64,000 bases of DNA from Macrostomum lignano (taxonomy: Eukaryota): NCBI GenBank assembly GCA_002269645.1, contig NIVC01001052.1, positions 163,433 through 227,432 on the forward strand, read 5' to 3'. The first letter of the stretch is position 1. Each line of letters begins with the position of its first letter. Shown piece after piece: positions 24,929 to 37,300 of the stretch. The translations under genes and the position numbers were made by a program. The notes below the pieces were generated by a model. It was not told the origin of the DNA and did not search any database. It was given only the letters and a program-made list of their open reading frames with translations.

Positions 24929-25750
24929 ACAACAACAAAAACAACAAGGTACTTCTCTTGCCAGCCACGCAGTAGCCAGAAAGGGGGAAGGGGCAGTCAG
25001 AAAGCGCGTCTCTGGGCCATTGCCCTCAGGAAGCATACATGCGCAACCTCCAAAATTCGGTCGGCCATGCGACTTAGTTTTAACAAAAATGCGACGTAGT
25101 TTTTGGCCAAAAATGCGACTTACATGTAATAAAAACTGTAAAGCAAAATTAATGCAACTTTGGGTAAACGGCAGGAGTAACTATAACTGTTTTATTAGGG
25201 CAAAATGCCTCGTCAGCTACTTAGTAATACTACTTAGGTTTTTTTGGGTGGGCATTTTTGCGACTTCCTTGATTGGCTGCCAAATCGGTCGGCCGGATCG
25301 GCCGACTCGGCCGACTGTTGCGCATGTATGTCAGGAAGTCGCATCCCCCTGCTTGGTCTGGGGTGCCAGCATCACTCAGAAGTCGGTCAGGGTATCGCAC
25401 CGTTCACCCTTGGCCTTGCCTCTGCAGTCCCTGCAGCTTGAGCAGTAGCACGTCGTGTAGCAGCTCAGGACAGCGGGCCTCCGACTGGATGATGTGGCCA
25501 GCCAGTTGAAGTCGCTGCCCATATAGCAGGTTAGAAGGCTGCATCAGGCGCGCCCTAGTGTAGAGCGTGGCATTGGTCTCGCTGCCTGGGCCGCTGCGCA
25601 CTCCGAAAGCCGCACGCAGCATTGCCGCATGTGCAGCATCCAGCTGCCTCTCCAAGGCGTCCGTCAGGGTTCAAGTCTCGGCGTTGTACAACAGGACAGT
25701 CTTGACAACTGCCTGAAACAGCCGAGCCTTGAGCCCGTCGTCCAACTGCA
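24929..25750 (-). mobile_element. 5'-truncated RTE-clade LINE 3' fragment, interrupted by a hAT MITE
   Basis: KARLFQAVVKTVLLYNAET*TLT..LDAAHAAMLR..RLQLAGHII, the RTE C-terminal region. (TTG)n-like tail at 24929-24947. Confidence 0.8.
25034..25330. mobile_element. 297-bp hAT MITE, same family as the 29934-36339 element
   Basis: 14-bp TIR CATACATGCGCAAC/GTTGCGCATGTATG. Perfect 8-bp TSD TCAGGAAG (25026-25033, 25331-25338). Confidence 0.95.
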
Positions 25751-27479
25751 ATAAACTAGAATTAAAACTATTTTAGCAATGCTTCAATGAAGATCAATTT
25801 AAAACATATCTTCTTCTATGATATAGATAACATCTTCAAAAGAAGAGACTTTACTTTTATATAAACAAACTAGTTAGTAAAAACAATCAATATTCTACTT
25901 GTTCAGAGTTGTGACCTTGAATTGGCAAAGAACTTATTAAGCAACTGGGACTAATATTATTCTATCTAAGCCAATCATTTATTTTTTAAAGGTACAGAAA
26001 AGGGTGCCTAAATACTTTGGAATTGCAATTATTGGTTTAAAATCTTTATAGATATATCCCACAAATTAAATTTAGAATTAAATTGATAGCCATATTTGGA
26101 AATTTAGGCTATTTAAATAAATACTAATAAAAACAGTGGATTTAACTCCTCAACTGAATGAAAAGTTAATGCAAAAGTTGATTGGCTAGGCCTATTTCAC
26201 TTACATTAGTAAGGTTGAAATTCTGCTAGCAATAAAATCTTTTAGCTACTTAGCATAATTTGTATAAACCATAGCATTATTGCAGCTCATAAAAAGAATT
26301 GAATAGTGCCTTTCAATTTTTTACTAGCTTTTAAAGCTATTATCACAATGTCTTTTATGTTGTAAGGCCAATTAAATAATTCTATTTGGTAGATATTTGC
26401 CTATACAATATTTGCTACTTTCAGCCTTTTTTATATTGTAATTATTGTCATCATCTCAGCCACTGTTCTTGTTAGTAATAAAAACAAATGAACTTGTTTA
26501 TAATATAATACTTAAAAATACACAAAAGAAAGAATGCAATATTCTGATATTTGTTTTTTTCTAGAATTAGCATTGAGTAATATTCAAATATATTCTCCCT
26601 TGATCAAATCTATTTGGGTAACATTTTCATTCTTCATCATAAAAAACATTTGTTGTCCTTTGTCACTTATGTATAATACATTGCTTTATTTTCCAAGTTG
26701 GCCTACAATTGAGGATTGTGTCATTTAGAATATTATCTAACAGTGGAAAACAAATATTATCTAACAGTTGAAAACAAAATAAATAAACTAAAAAAAATAA
26801 ATAAATAAATAAATGATCAACATGAATAAGATCTATATCGTTTATTTGAATTTTACAATTTATTTTAAGTATTGAATGGTTGAACAAAGCTAATGCATAT
26901 ATCTCAAGATAATAATTATCAAAAAGTGACTTTGGTAGTTTAAAACCTGGAGTACATATTGATTGAGTATTGACAACAATTTTGATTGGGTAGGATAATG
27001 CACTTTTCATAGTTTCATTCCTATTTAGTTGTTGATAAATACCAATTAAAATATTCTAAGTTGATGCTTGCTTCATTCATTATATGCTGGTTATTTAATG
27101 TTGGTTGTTTTGCTTAAATGTAGAAGGCTTATTCCTTCTTGCAAAAGTCTATAGTGTTAATTCAAATTGGGAGTGTCCAAAAACATGCAATATTTTTGTG
27201 TAACCCTTAAAAATTGGCAAACCTTTTTTGCCAATGCATTTCATCCTAAGTGGATATCATCAGAGCAACTGCTAATGGTTCACCATGGATTACAAATATT
27301 TATTGATAAATATTGAAGCAAGAATTAAAACAATATGTAAACAGTTCTTAAGTCCAAAAGTACAAAAGTCCAAAAGTACAAAAGTACATAGTCCAAGTAC
27401 AGGTCATGTCAGTCCAGCCAGTGTAAAGAAGGCAAATACACCATCAGAGCACTCTGAGCTCATGCTCTATCTCCCCTCT

Positions 27480-27930
27480 GCTCATCAGCTGCACATTAGT
27501 CATGGGCTCAAACACTTTGATGTATAACACTTTGAGCAGTTTAAGTTTAGACTCATTTTACAGGCATTTACAATATTTTAAACCTTTTTATCATTTCGGT
27601 GTCACAGCACATTTGACAATTTGAGAGGTGGTTTTGGACAGCAGAAGTTTTTAGTCTGTGCTCCTTAGCTCTAGTATGCAGATGCTGTTTGGTCTTTCCA
27701 ATATAGGAAACATTCTGATCAACAGAACAGCAAAATTGGTAGATAACACCTGCCTTAAGAGCCAGAGAAATAACTGACTTAGGCAAGTTACTAGGGTAGC
27801 CATTTAACTTAAAAATTTTAGTCAAGGACGCCACGTCTTGGTGAAAAAGGAACCACAAAGTAAAATTAAGCATCAGACCAGTGTATCATAGGTTTACAAT
27901 ACACTTTCAAACATGAAACATTTCTAGAAC
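27480..27930 (-). pseudogene. Penelope-like element relic: RT C-terminus + GIY-YIG endonuclease
   Basis: FHQDVASLTKIFKLNGYP, VIYQFCC..SYIGKTKQHLHTRAKEH..SAVQNHL, then LKLLKVLYIK..P..NVQ past a stop codon. Confidence 0.8.
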
Positions 27931-28321
27931 AGTGAACTTCCATGTCTAAAAAAGGGATTTTCTTATCTCCACATTCAATAGTGAATATGATATTAGGGTA
28001 AGTGGAATTGATCACTTTCATGTTTCATGTTGCAGTTTAGCAAATGTTTGTAAATAACCATTTTTCAGACAGTGCTTTCTGACCCTTGTGTACAAGGTTA
28101 TTTAGTTTTTTTAATATAAGAAATGCTTTGGTCCTCAGAGCAATTGACTTTTATCCACTGATTGGTAATTATTTTTTATTGACAGTTATTGGACTAGGCA
28201 AGGCACAGTGGCACTAATAGTGATACATAAATACATATCTAAATATTCCTATATTCTTATAGTAATATTAAAAAATAACAATAATTTATCCTAAATTATT
28301 TTCAATTACTTCAGCTATCCC

Positions 28322-31300
28322 ATGCCTGTTGAACTAAGAGCTGAGCTAACTCAAGGCAGCATATTTCTAGCTGGAGAGCCATTAGTATGCAAGATATGCA
28401 TTTCAAATTGTGACCAGACTTATGAGTAAGTTTGTAATAAATTACTTATAATAAATTTACAAAAGTCTGCTTTTTTAACTGACTAGGATAGCAAGAATGC
28501 AAAATAGAATTCTCCTAGATGAAGCATTTTTATTTAGAAGTGAGAAAAATTCAGCATTTTCCTACGAGCTTTGAGAATTCAGCAATTCCTTCATGAGCCT
28601 TGACAATTCAGCCATTCCCCATGAGCCTTGACAATTCAGCAATTCCTTCATGAGCCTTGACAATTCAACAATTCCTTCATGAGCCTTGACAACTCAGCAA
28701 TTCCCCATGAGCCTTGACAATTCAGCCATTCCCATGAGCCTTGACAATTCAGCAATTCCTTAATGAGCCTTGACAATTCAGCAATTCCTTCATGAGCCTT
28801 GACAATTCAGCAATTCCTTCATGAGCCTTGACAACTCAGCAATTCCCCATGAGCCTTGACAATTCAGCCATTCCCATGAGCCTTGACAATTCAGCAATTC
28901 CTTAATGAGCCTTGACAATTTAGCAATTCCTTCATGAGCCTTGACAATTCAGCAATTCCTTCATGAGCCTTGACAACTCAGCAATTCCCCATGAGCCTTG
29001 ACAATTCAGCCATTCCCATGAGCCTTGACAATTCAGCAATTCCTTCATGAGCCTTGACAGTTCAGCAATTCCCATGAGCCTTGACAATTCAGCAATTCCC
29101 ATGAGCCTTGACAATTCAGCAATTCCCATGAGCCTTGACAATTCAGCAATTCCCATGAGCCTTGACAATTCAGCAATTCCCATGAGCCTTGACAATTCAG
29201 CAATTCCCCATGAGCCTTGCCATTCCCATGAGCCTTGACAATTCAGCAATTCCCCATGAGCCTTGCCATTCCCATGAGCCTTGACAATTCAGCAATTCCC
29301 ATGAGCCTTGACAATTCAGCAATTCCTTCATGAGCCTTGAAAGTTCAGCAATTCCCATGAGCCTTGACAATTCAGCAATTCCCATGAGCCTTGACAATTC
29401 AGCAATTCTCATGAGCCTTGACAATTCAGCAATTCCCCATGAGCCTTGACAATTCAGCCATTCCCCATGAGCCTTGACAATTCAGCAATTTCCCATGAGC
29501 CTTGACAATTCACCCATTTCCCATGAGCCTTGACAATTCAGCAATTCCTTCATGAGCCTTGACAATTCAGCAATTCCCATGAGCCTTGACAATTCAGCCA
29601 TTCCCCATGAGCCTTGACAATTCAGCAATTCCCATGAGCCTTGACAATTCAGCCATTCCCCATGAGCCTTGACAATTCAGCAATTCCCCATGAGCCTTGA
29701 CAATTCAGCCATTTCCCATGAGCCTTGACAATTCAGCAATTCCCATGAGCCTTGACAATTCAGCCATTCCCCATGAGCCTTGACAATTCAGCCATTCCCC
29801 ATGAGCCTTGACAATTCAGCAATTCCCATGAGCATGAGCCTTGACAATTCAGCAATTCCCATGAGCCTTGACAATTCAGCAATTCCTTTATGAGCCTTGA
29901 CAATTCAGCGATTCCCCATGAGTCTGTTCCCCACATACATGCGCAACAGTCGGCCGAGTCGGCCGATCCGGCCGACCGATTTGGCGGCCAACCAAGTAAG
30001 TCGCAAAATTGATTAACCGCCAAAAAAAACGAAAAAACAAAAGACGAAAAAGGGGAAAGGAAAAGGAAAAAAACGAGAAAAAGGGAGCAAAGAGAAAGAG
30101 AAAAACACAAAAAGAGTTGTAAGTGCTGTAAGTTGCAGCACTGAAGACAAGGTAAGTCGCACCGAGGGCGAGCTAAGTCGCACCGAGGGCAAGCTAAGTC
30201 GCAGCAGGACCGAGCTAAGTCGCATCGAGGGCGAACTAAGTCGCACCGAGCGAGAGCTAAGTCGCACTAAGGGCGAGCTAAGTCGCACCGAGGGCAAAAT
30301 AAGTCGCACCGAGCGAGAGCTAAGTCGCACTAAGTCGCAGCAGGACCGAGCTAAGTCGCACCGAGGGCGAGCTAAGTCGCAGCAGGACCGAGCTAAGTCG
30401 CACCGAGGGCGAACTAAGTCGCACCGAGCGAGAGCTAAGTCGCACTAAGTCGCAGCAGGACCAAGCTAAGTCGCACCGAGGGCGAGCTAAGTTGCAGCAG
30501 GACCGAGCTAAGTCGCACCGAGGGCGAACTAAGTCGCACCGAGCGAGAGCTAAGTCGCACTAAGTCGCAGCAGGACCGAGCTAAGTCGCACCGAGGGCGA
30601 ACTAAGTCGCACCGAGCGAGAGCTAAGTCGCACTAAGTCGCAGCAGGACCAAGCTAAGTCGCACCGAGGGCGAGCTAAGTTGCAGCAGGACCGAGCTAAG
30701 TCGCACCGAGGGCGAACTAAGTCGCACCGAGCGAGAGCTAAGTCGCACTGAGGGCGAGCTAAGTCGCAGCAGGACCGAGCTAAGTCGCACCGAGGGCGAG
30801 CTAAGTTGCAGCAGGACCGAGCTAAGTCGCACCGAGGGCAAAATAAGTCGCACCGAGCGAGAGCTAAGTCGCACTGAGGGCGAGCTATGTCGCAGCAGGA
30901 CCGAGCTAAGTCGCACCGAGGGCGAACTAAGTCGCACCGAGCGAGAGCTAAGTCGCACTAAGTCGCAGCAGGACCGAGCTAAGTCGCACCGAGGGCGAGC
31001 TAAGTCGCACCGAGCGAGAGCTAAGTCGCACCGAGGGCGAGCTAAGTCGCAGCAGGACCGAGTAAGTCGCAGCAGGGCCGAGGCAAGTCGCAGCAGGACT
31101 GAGTTAAGTCGCAGAGCATCTTTAGGATTATTAGGATAGGATTAGTTTAGGATGAATTTAATGTATCACTTACTAGGGTGTAGGCTACGTGTGCATTAAC
31201 GCATCAATTTGAAAAATTAAGAATTACGAAGCCAGAAATGGCTAAGGAATAGAAATAGGGATAGAATAACTTATAAGCAGTAATTTTTCAGCCCTATTAC

Positions 31301-34300
31301 AATTGCAAATCATACTTTTAATAATATTTAATTAGCAAATTAAAACTGCAAGATTCTAACGGTCTTATATATGAACTTAGAAGAACTGTAGTCTTAATTA
31401 TTATGCATGTACCATTGTAATAATTGATTAAAATTGTAGCAGATTAAAACTGATAAAAAACTTTCAAAATAGTCCACTTAGCAAATCAGAATCAGAATCT
31501 TTATTTTCCTCGTCTACGTTGGATTCTTTTTGCCGTTGACCTCCAGGAGCATCAGAACGCCAGTGTTTTTTCAGCCAATCATTGACATAAATATCCGGCT
31601 TAAATTTCATCAGCGGAGGCCCATTTATTCGAATCCGTAGTAGATGCTCCAATGTTTTTGGTGCCAAGCGTGTTCTCCTGTCATAGGCAATGTGCTTATA
31701 GATAGAAAACCCTCTTTCAGCCTCAGCTGATGATATTGGCAAAGTTAACACAACCATAATTAGATTCTTTATTCTGGGCAGCCATTCAACAGTTCTTGTC
31801 TCTAGAAAGTGACTCCAAAATTTCACCGGACCTTTGCCTTTGTAGGCACAGAAGTCAACACTATGCGAAGTGATCAAACTTTTTAGGAGTAGACCGAACT
31901 GACCAGAGATTGTCCTTTCTGTAGCGCGTTCTGAAGCATCTGCATCTCTAGAGTCTGAATCAGAAAGATGGTCCTCTGTTTCAGATTCAGAGCTGTCATC
32001 TTCCATTCCAAACCGTCTAGCAAGAGGTATGATTCTCGAACTGTATGTAAAGACAGTATGTAATGTTTCAGCATTAGGCAATAACACTGGGTTGAGCACA
32101 TTAAATATTGAGTAGTCATCCTCAGGAAAATAATTACGCAGCTGATCAATTATGCTATCAATGATTCGACTGCGAATCTCATCCAGTGCTGGATAAGCTC
32201 CCATGTCAACAACACTGCCACGTCCACTAGCATCAAATAATCTATTTCTTAGAGATCTGTCTGCAGCAGAACCTGGTTGCTTCAACTCAAACCTCTCTGT
32301 TGGATCGCTGCTTCCAGGGCCGGAAGGACAAGCAAAGTTAGAATAAGATAGGTCTCTTGTGTGACATCCTGAATGGTATTCCAGCTGCGGATATCCATCT
32401 GCAGTTCCCAAAACTCGACGACACTTGCAGGAAGCCAAAAAGTCCACAATGCGAGGACCATTGTTCGTTTTTAAGGTTTCTAGTGAATGTATAAGGTTAG
32501 TGTGGCGTTCTTGCAAGCCAATAAATGTACCCTTGGCTCTTTGAAACTGCAAGGACTCAAATTCCAGTAATTTTAGAATGTCCATGAGAAATAGATGTAA
32601 TGAATAATACCGGACATTTTGCAATGTTTTCAATAATCCAGAGGCAGTTGCTTTACTTTCGTCATCAAAGCCTGAGGAAGGTGATTTGATATTTTCTAAA
32701 TTTGTCAGAAGCAAGTAATACGACTTTCGAATCACATCAAGAGCAGACACTTCCGATGCAACCCACCTGATGCGATATATTCTTTTTAATTCATAGAAAA
32801 CCAAGTTGAGTGCTTCCGAAGTTTGTGCCAAAGATGCCTTACGTTTAACAGCGTGGCTCATATAAAATTTGTGTAGAGAATTTATATTCTTATCGAGATG
32901 TTGCATAAATGGGAAGATTTCAAAGGCATGATAGATTGAAAGTTCTAACTTATGCGCTGCACAATGGTGCTGAAAAAATTGTTTGCTAGCCCAAGGCCTC
33001 AGTTGACTTATTAATCCCACTCGACTTCCTGTCATTACGGATGCACCATCAGTTGTCACCCCCATAGCCTTCGTTTGATTTCATCTTCTAGCTTGTCATC
33101 CGAAAATAAACGGATGAGAAGTTCATAAATGCTTCGTCCAGTCTCTACTTCAGTCAGACGTTTAAACCGATAAAAAAACATCAAAGGTTGGCTGTTTTCA
33201 AGAACTCTGAAGTATATCATGACGTAGCTGTTTGAATGAATATCAGACGTTGTATCTAGTACAATAGAAATCGGAAGATTGTCAGCACTTTTAATGTAAT
33301 TCACAAATGTCCGATGCATTGTATTACTGATTGATTCCACCATTGCTGCGGCACTTTTGCGATGCTTATGATGGCTCCCCATATCCAACCCATTTTTTAC
33401 TTGTAAATCAATTATATTTGGATGAGCACTGAATGGAATATTAGATTTGACTTCGGCATAAACTGTTGTCAAAACTCGGGCTGTTATTTCATCTCGTTTA
33501 GTTTTAGCTAGTCTAGCGGCCTCATTCATCTGTTTGAGTTGCTTTGCAAGAACTGAAGTATGTTTTTCCTTCATCCACTTTATGGCGTCACTGTGAAGTG
33601 TATTTGATGAATGTTCCTGTAGTTTTCTTCGTACGCTATCTTTTGCATGACCTTTGGGAATGTAGCCTTGTTCTGTTGCAAAAGCTATCTTACGTTGGCT
33701 CTCTAGATTTGTCTCCTTTTTCTTATGTGCACTCAAAAATTTTCTGCAGATCCGACATTGTATTCCAGATCTTGATAGATCTTCGGTGTTTTGAACATAT
33801 TGAAACCATGTCTTCATTTCTTGTGACACAAATTTTCTTGAAAATGATCTGCAATGGTCAAATTAGAGAATATTTTGGGATTTGGACTATTTGTGAGTAT
33901 CTAAAAGCAATATGCTAATAAGTGCAATACACAGTACACTATACATTAATTTACAGTTCGTCAGTTTCCATTTACTTACTGTGACTGGTGCATCTCCAAA
34001 GAATGTAACCACTCCTCTCGAAAACCAGATGTATCCTCCCAGTCCTTTTTAGGGAAAACTTCAATATTTTCGCCCATCATAGAGGAAGACGAGGGCTTTG
34101 ATGCTGAAGTGGCTAGACATGCGTCTGCAGATGTGCTTATGCATGGTATTTTTCTTTGCGATGGCCCTGCTTCTGCAGTATTTACTTGTACTATTTCAAC
34201 ATCACCTGAACCCCTTGAGTCGCTCAAATCTAAATCAACAATAGGACTTTGGCAAAGTGATCGTTTCGTTGATTGTCTTTGAATATTTACTTGCCTAATA

Positions 34301-37300
34301 ATTTCCACTTGTAGTTTGCTTGTTTGCTGGTCATTCTCCAACAACTCTCTTCTTTCCTGTACATTTGCAGCAGAGCAAAAATTAGAAGTTTCTGCAGCAG
34401 CAGTTTGAACAGCATGATCTCGATTAGCTGCTATTTGCTCTGAAAATTCATAGGACCTGGCCAATTCACTACGGTGTGAGCTTTCAGAACATGGAGCTGG
34501 AGCAGGAGCTAGTCGCATTTCGATTCTTTCTGTTGCTGATGAAGCAGATGCTAATGCTGAGTCTGCCAATGTACCTGCTTCTCTTGAAGGTGTATTTATG
34601 ATGGCTTCAATATTGTCCTCTAAAATCCAATGAGCACCTGAGCAGTCATTTTCTCTACCTGGAGTCAACTGTCCAAGTTTCCACCTTGTAAAAAGCAAAG
34701 GCTTTCGTAACTCACTGCTGGATTCAGGGCACCGGTTTATTGAATAGTCCTCATGACCAAGTTCATCCCATTCTCTTGCTGGCTTTAAGATGTAGTTGGG
34801 CTTGTCTCTTAGCCTACGATAAATGGACTCAAAAAATGTGCACCTGTTATTTTGTGTACTTCGTGCATAGATGATCATGTCATGCACATTGTTCCTAATA
34901 ATTTCAGCTAATGAGTTATCAATGATAATTTTATCTTCATAAACAGGTCTTCTTTGTGTTGCATGCATTTTAGCTAGTCGCAGTTTTCCAATGCTACTGG
35001 CAGTTGTGGAACTTGAACTGTCTGATTCTGATCTAGAAAAGTCTCGTTGATACAAGAGAATAATGGCCATAGCACTTTTACCATTCCCATTCTTTAATGC
35101 ATTTGGTTCTGTTGGAATTGTCTTACTAGCAGACTTGAAAAAATCAATGATGGATGACTGCGATGATCCACTAGGAGCGGAACTTGGCAGCCCATGTCTA
35201 GTTTTTCCCTGATACCCAATATATGTATCGGTAAAAAACATATCTGCTGCTTCCTGCTTCTCTTTTGATGCAATAACAAAGAAACTGCTGTCCGTTTTGA
35301 AGCCCGAGGACCGATAGAAGTCAGCAGAAAATGAAACCACAGGTCGTCTAAAATCGCCGCTATATTCTTGAACTCCAATCAGAAGAAAATCACGGAGTCT
35401 CACTGGCACTGATCCTAATAGCATTGCAGTTGTGGAACAAACTTTCTTCAGCTCAATGAACTCTGAAAATTCTTGAGATCCAATATTAGGCTCATCAGTA
35501 TTTAACTCATTTATAACAATTGAGCACTCACTCTCAGCTAGAATACCATTGATAGCTAGGATGCCACTTAGAATCAGTAGGCAAAGACAACTAAGGCTGT
35601 ACATCATTCTGTGAAAGATTAAGTCGAGTATATGATTTTGGTGATAAAATAAAATTGATTTATGAGTATTACTATATAAATAAAACATTTAAAAGCCCTT
35701 ACCTTTACCAATTCATGTACAGAAAGTAAGTGTAAATACAACCAATTGCCTTGGTAGTTTAGTTATATGCTCGTATCAGATGCAGGCAGACAGCATAGGC
35801 TGCCAAGGTGCTATAAGTTAAGGTTAACTTTCACTATTTGGCTTTACAGACTGCTTTTATCGCTGCATGCATTGACTTAGCCTTAGCTTGTGCCATCCTG
35901 TGCCATACAGCTATATATACATATGTATCTCTGCCACTCCCCACTTTTGCAACCTTACACTGTACAATCATGCCTAAAACACTCCGTGTCAAGTGTACTG
36001 TTCTAGTGCCACATGGGGTACAAATACGATTAGGAATGACAAGAGTCAAAACCATACATGCACAATAGTTGGCCGATATGGACGACTGATTTGGCGGCCA
36101 ACCAAGGTAAGTTGCAAAAATGCCCACCCAAATAAATACCAAAGTAGTATTAAGTAGCTGACGAAGCATTTTGCCTTAATAAAGACAGTCATAGTTACTC
36201 CTGCCGTTTACCCAAAGTTGCGTTAATTTTGCTTTCAGGTTTTTTTCATGTAAGTCGCATTTTTGGCCGAAAACTACGTCGCATTTTTGTTAAAACTAAG
36301 TCGCACGGCCGACCAAATTTTGGAGGTTGCGCATGTATGGTTCCCCATAAGCCATATGTTATCAAATTCCCTAGGAGTCTCGTGGGCTGAACTCTAACCC
36401 GATAATCCAATGACAAATGACAGGAGTCCAATGCTGGCATGGGCCAGTGTACAGCTTATTTGCATGTGCTCAATAACTAAAGCGCCTGCAAAAGCATCTC
36501 AAGCAGTTAATGGCGAGACCTCATTCATAGCTAATCGTGGCGAAACAGGCTTTACTTACATATCAACTAAGCCAAGCATACTGTTCTGCAATTTGGTGCT
36601 GCGGCCCGGCGAGTCAAAGTTCTGTAAGTACTATGGTGCAATCCAGTGGTAACTGGTACTTTTATATTATCTATCTGTATGCTGCTAGAGCCATGCTGAT
36701 CTTGTTATTTGTGCTTTGCAAACATAATCAACTCTACATATAACTACAAGTAGTCTAGAGCAGTTATCATATTGATCTGATTAATTATTGGAAAAGCTCT
36801 GTTTGAGTTAACAGGCTTGTAGCCTAGTGGTAAGAGCGTCGGACTCATGACTGAAAGGTCGGAGGTTCGATTCTCGACTCACTCGGAACAATTTGTGCCC
36901 TTGGGCAAGACACTTAACTCTGCATTGCTTCAGTTCACCCAGCTGTAAATTTGGTACAAGCATTAGCTGGGGTAATTGAGGGTGTGTGTGTGTGTGTGTG
37001 GCGACACCCCTGCCATTCTTTGGACTAAATAGTCGTAGGCAGCTGCGGCTGAGCTGTTGGTTGTACATCTGTTGCCCATTTAGTACAGACACAAGTTTTA
37101 TAATTAGACGCTGAAGTGTCTGGCTTTCCCGCTAATGTATAAACGTTTTTAACGACTGAAACGACTGTTGAGTCACGAGCGCATCACGAGTCAGAGTTGT
37201 AGAATCGTAAAATAGTTGTGAAAAAATCGTCCATGAGTCGTTGTGATAGCGCTAAACTTTCTACTAACTCGAGTAAACTAAATAGAGTTGTTATAAACGC

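Larger units (their letters stand above)
29934..36339 (-). mobile_element. 6.4-kb hAT transposon, antisense within RGP1 intron 1
   Basis: TIR CATACATGCGCAAC at both ends. Perfect 8-bp TSD GTTCCCCA (29926-29933, 36340-36347). Encodes a hAT transposase. Confidence 0.95.

Noticed and set aside
24929-25020. RTE or RTEX 3' ends as partner of the SINE tail
   Set aside because: No sequence match between the SINE tail and either LINE terminus.
25162-25227. Annotating the 28S-like segment as an rRNA gene
   Set aside because: Only ~66 bp, diverged and inside a transposon end; reported as a finding instead.
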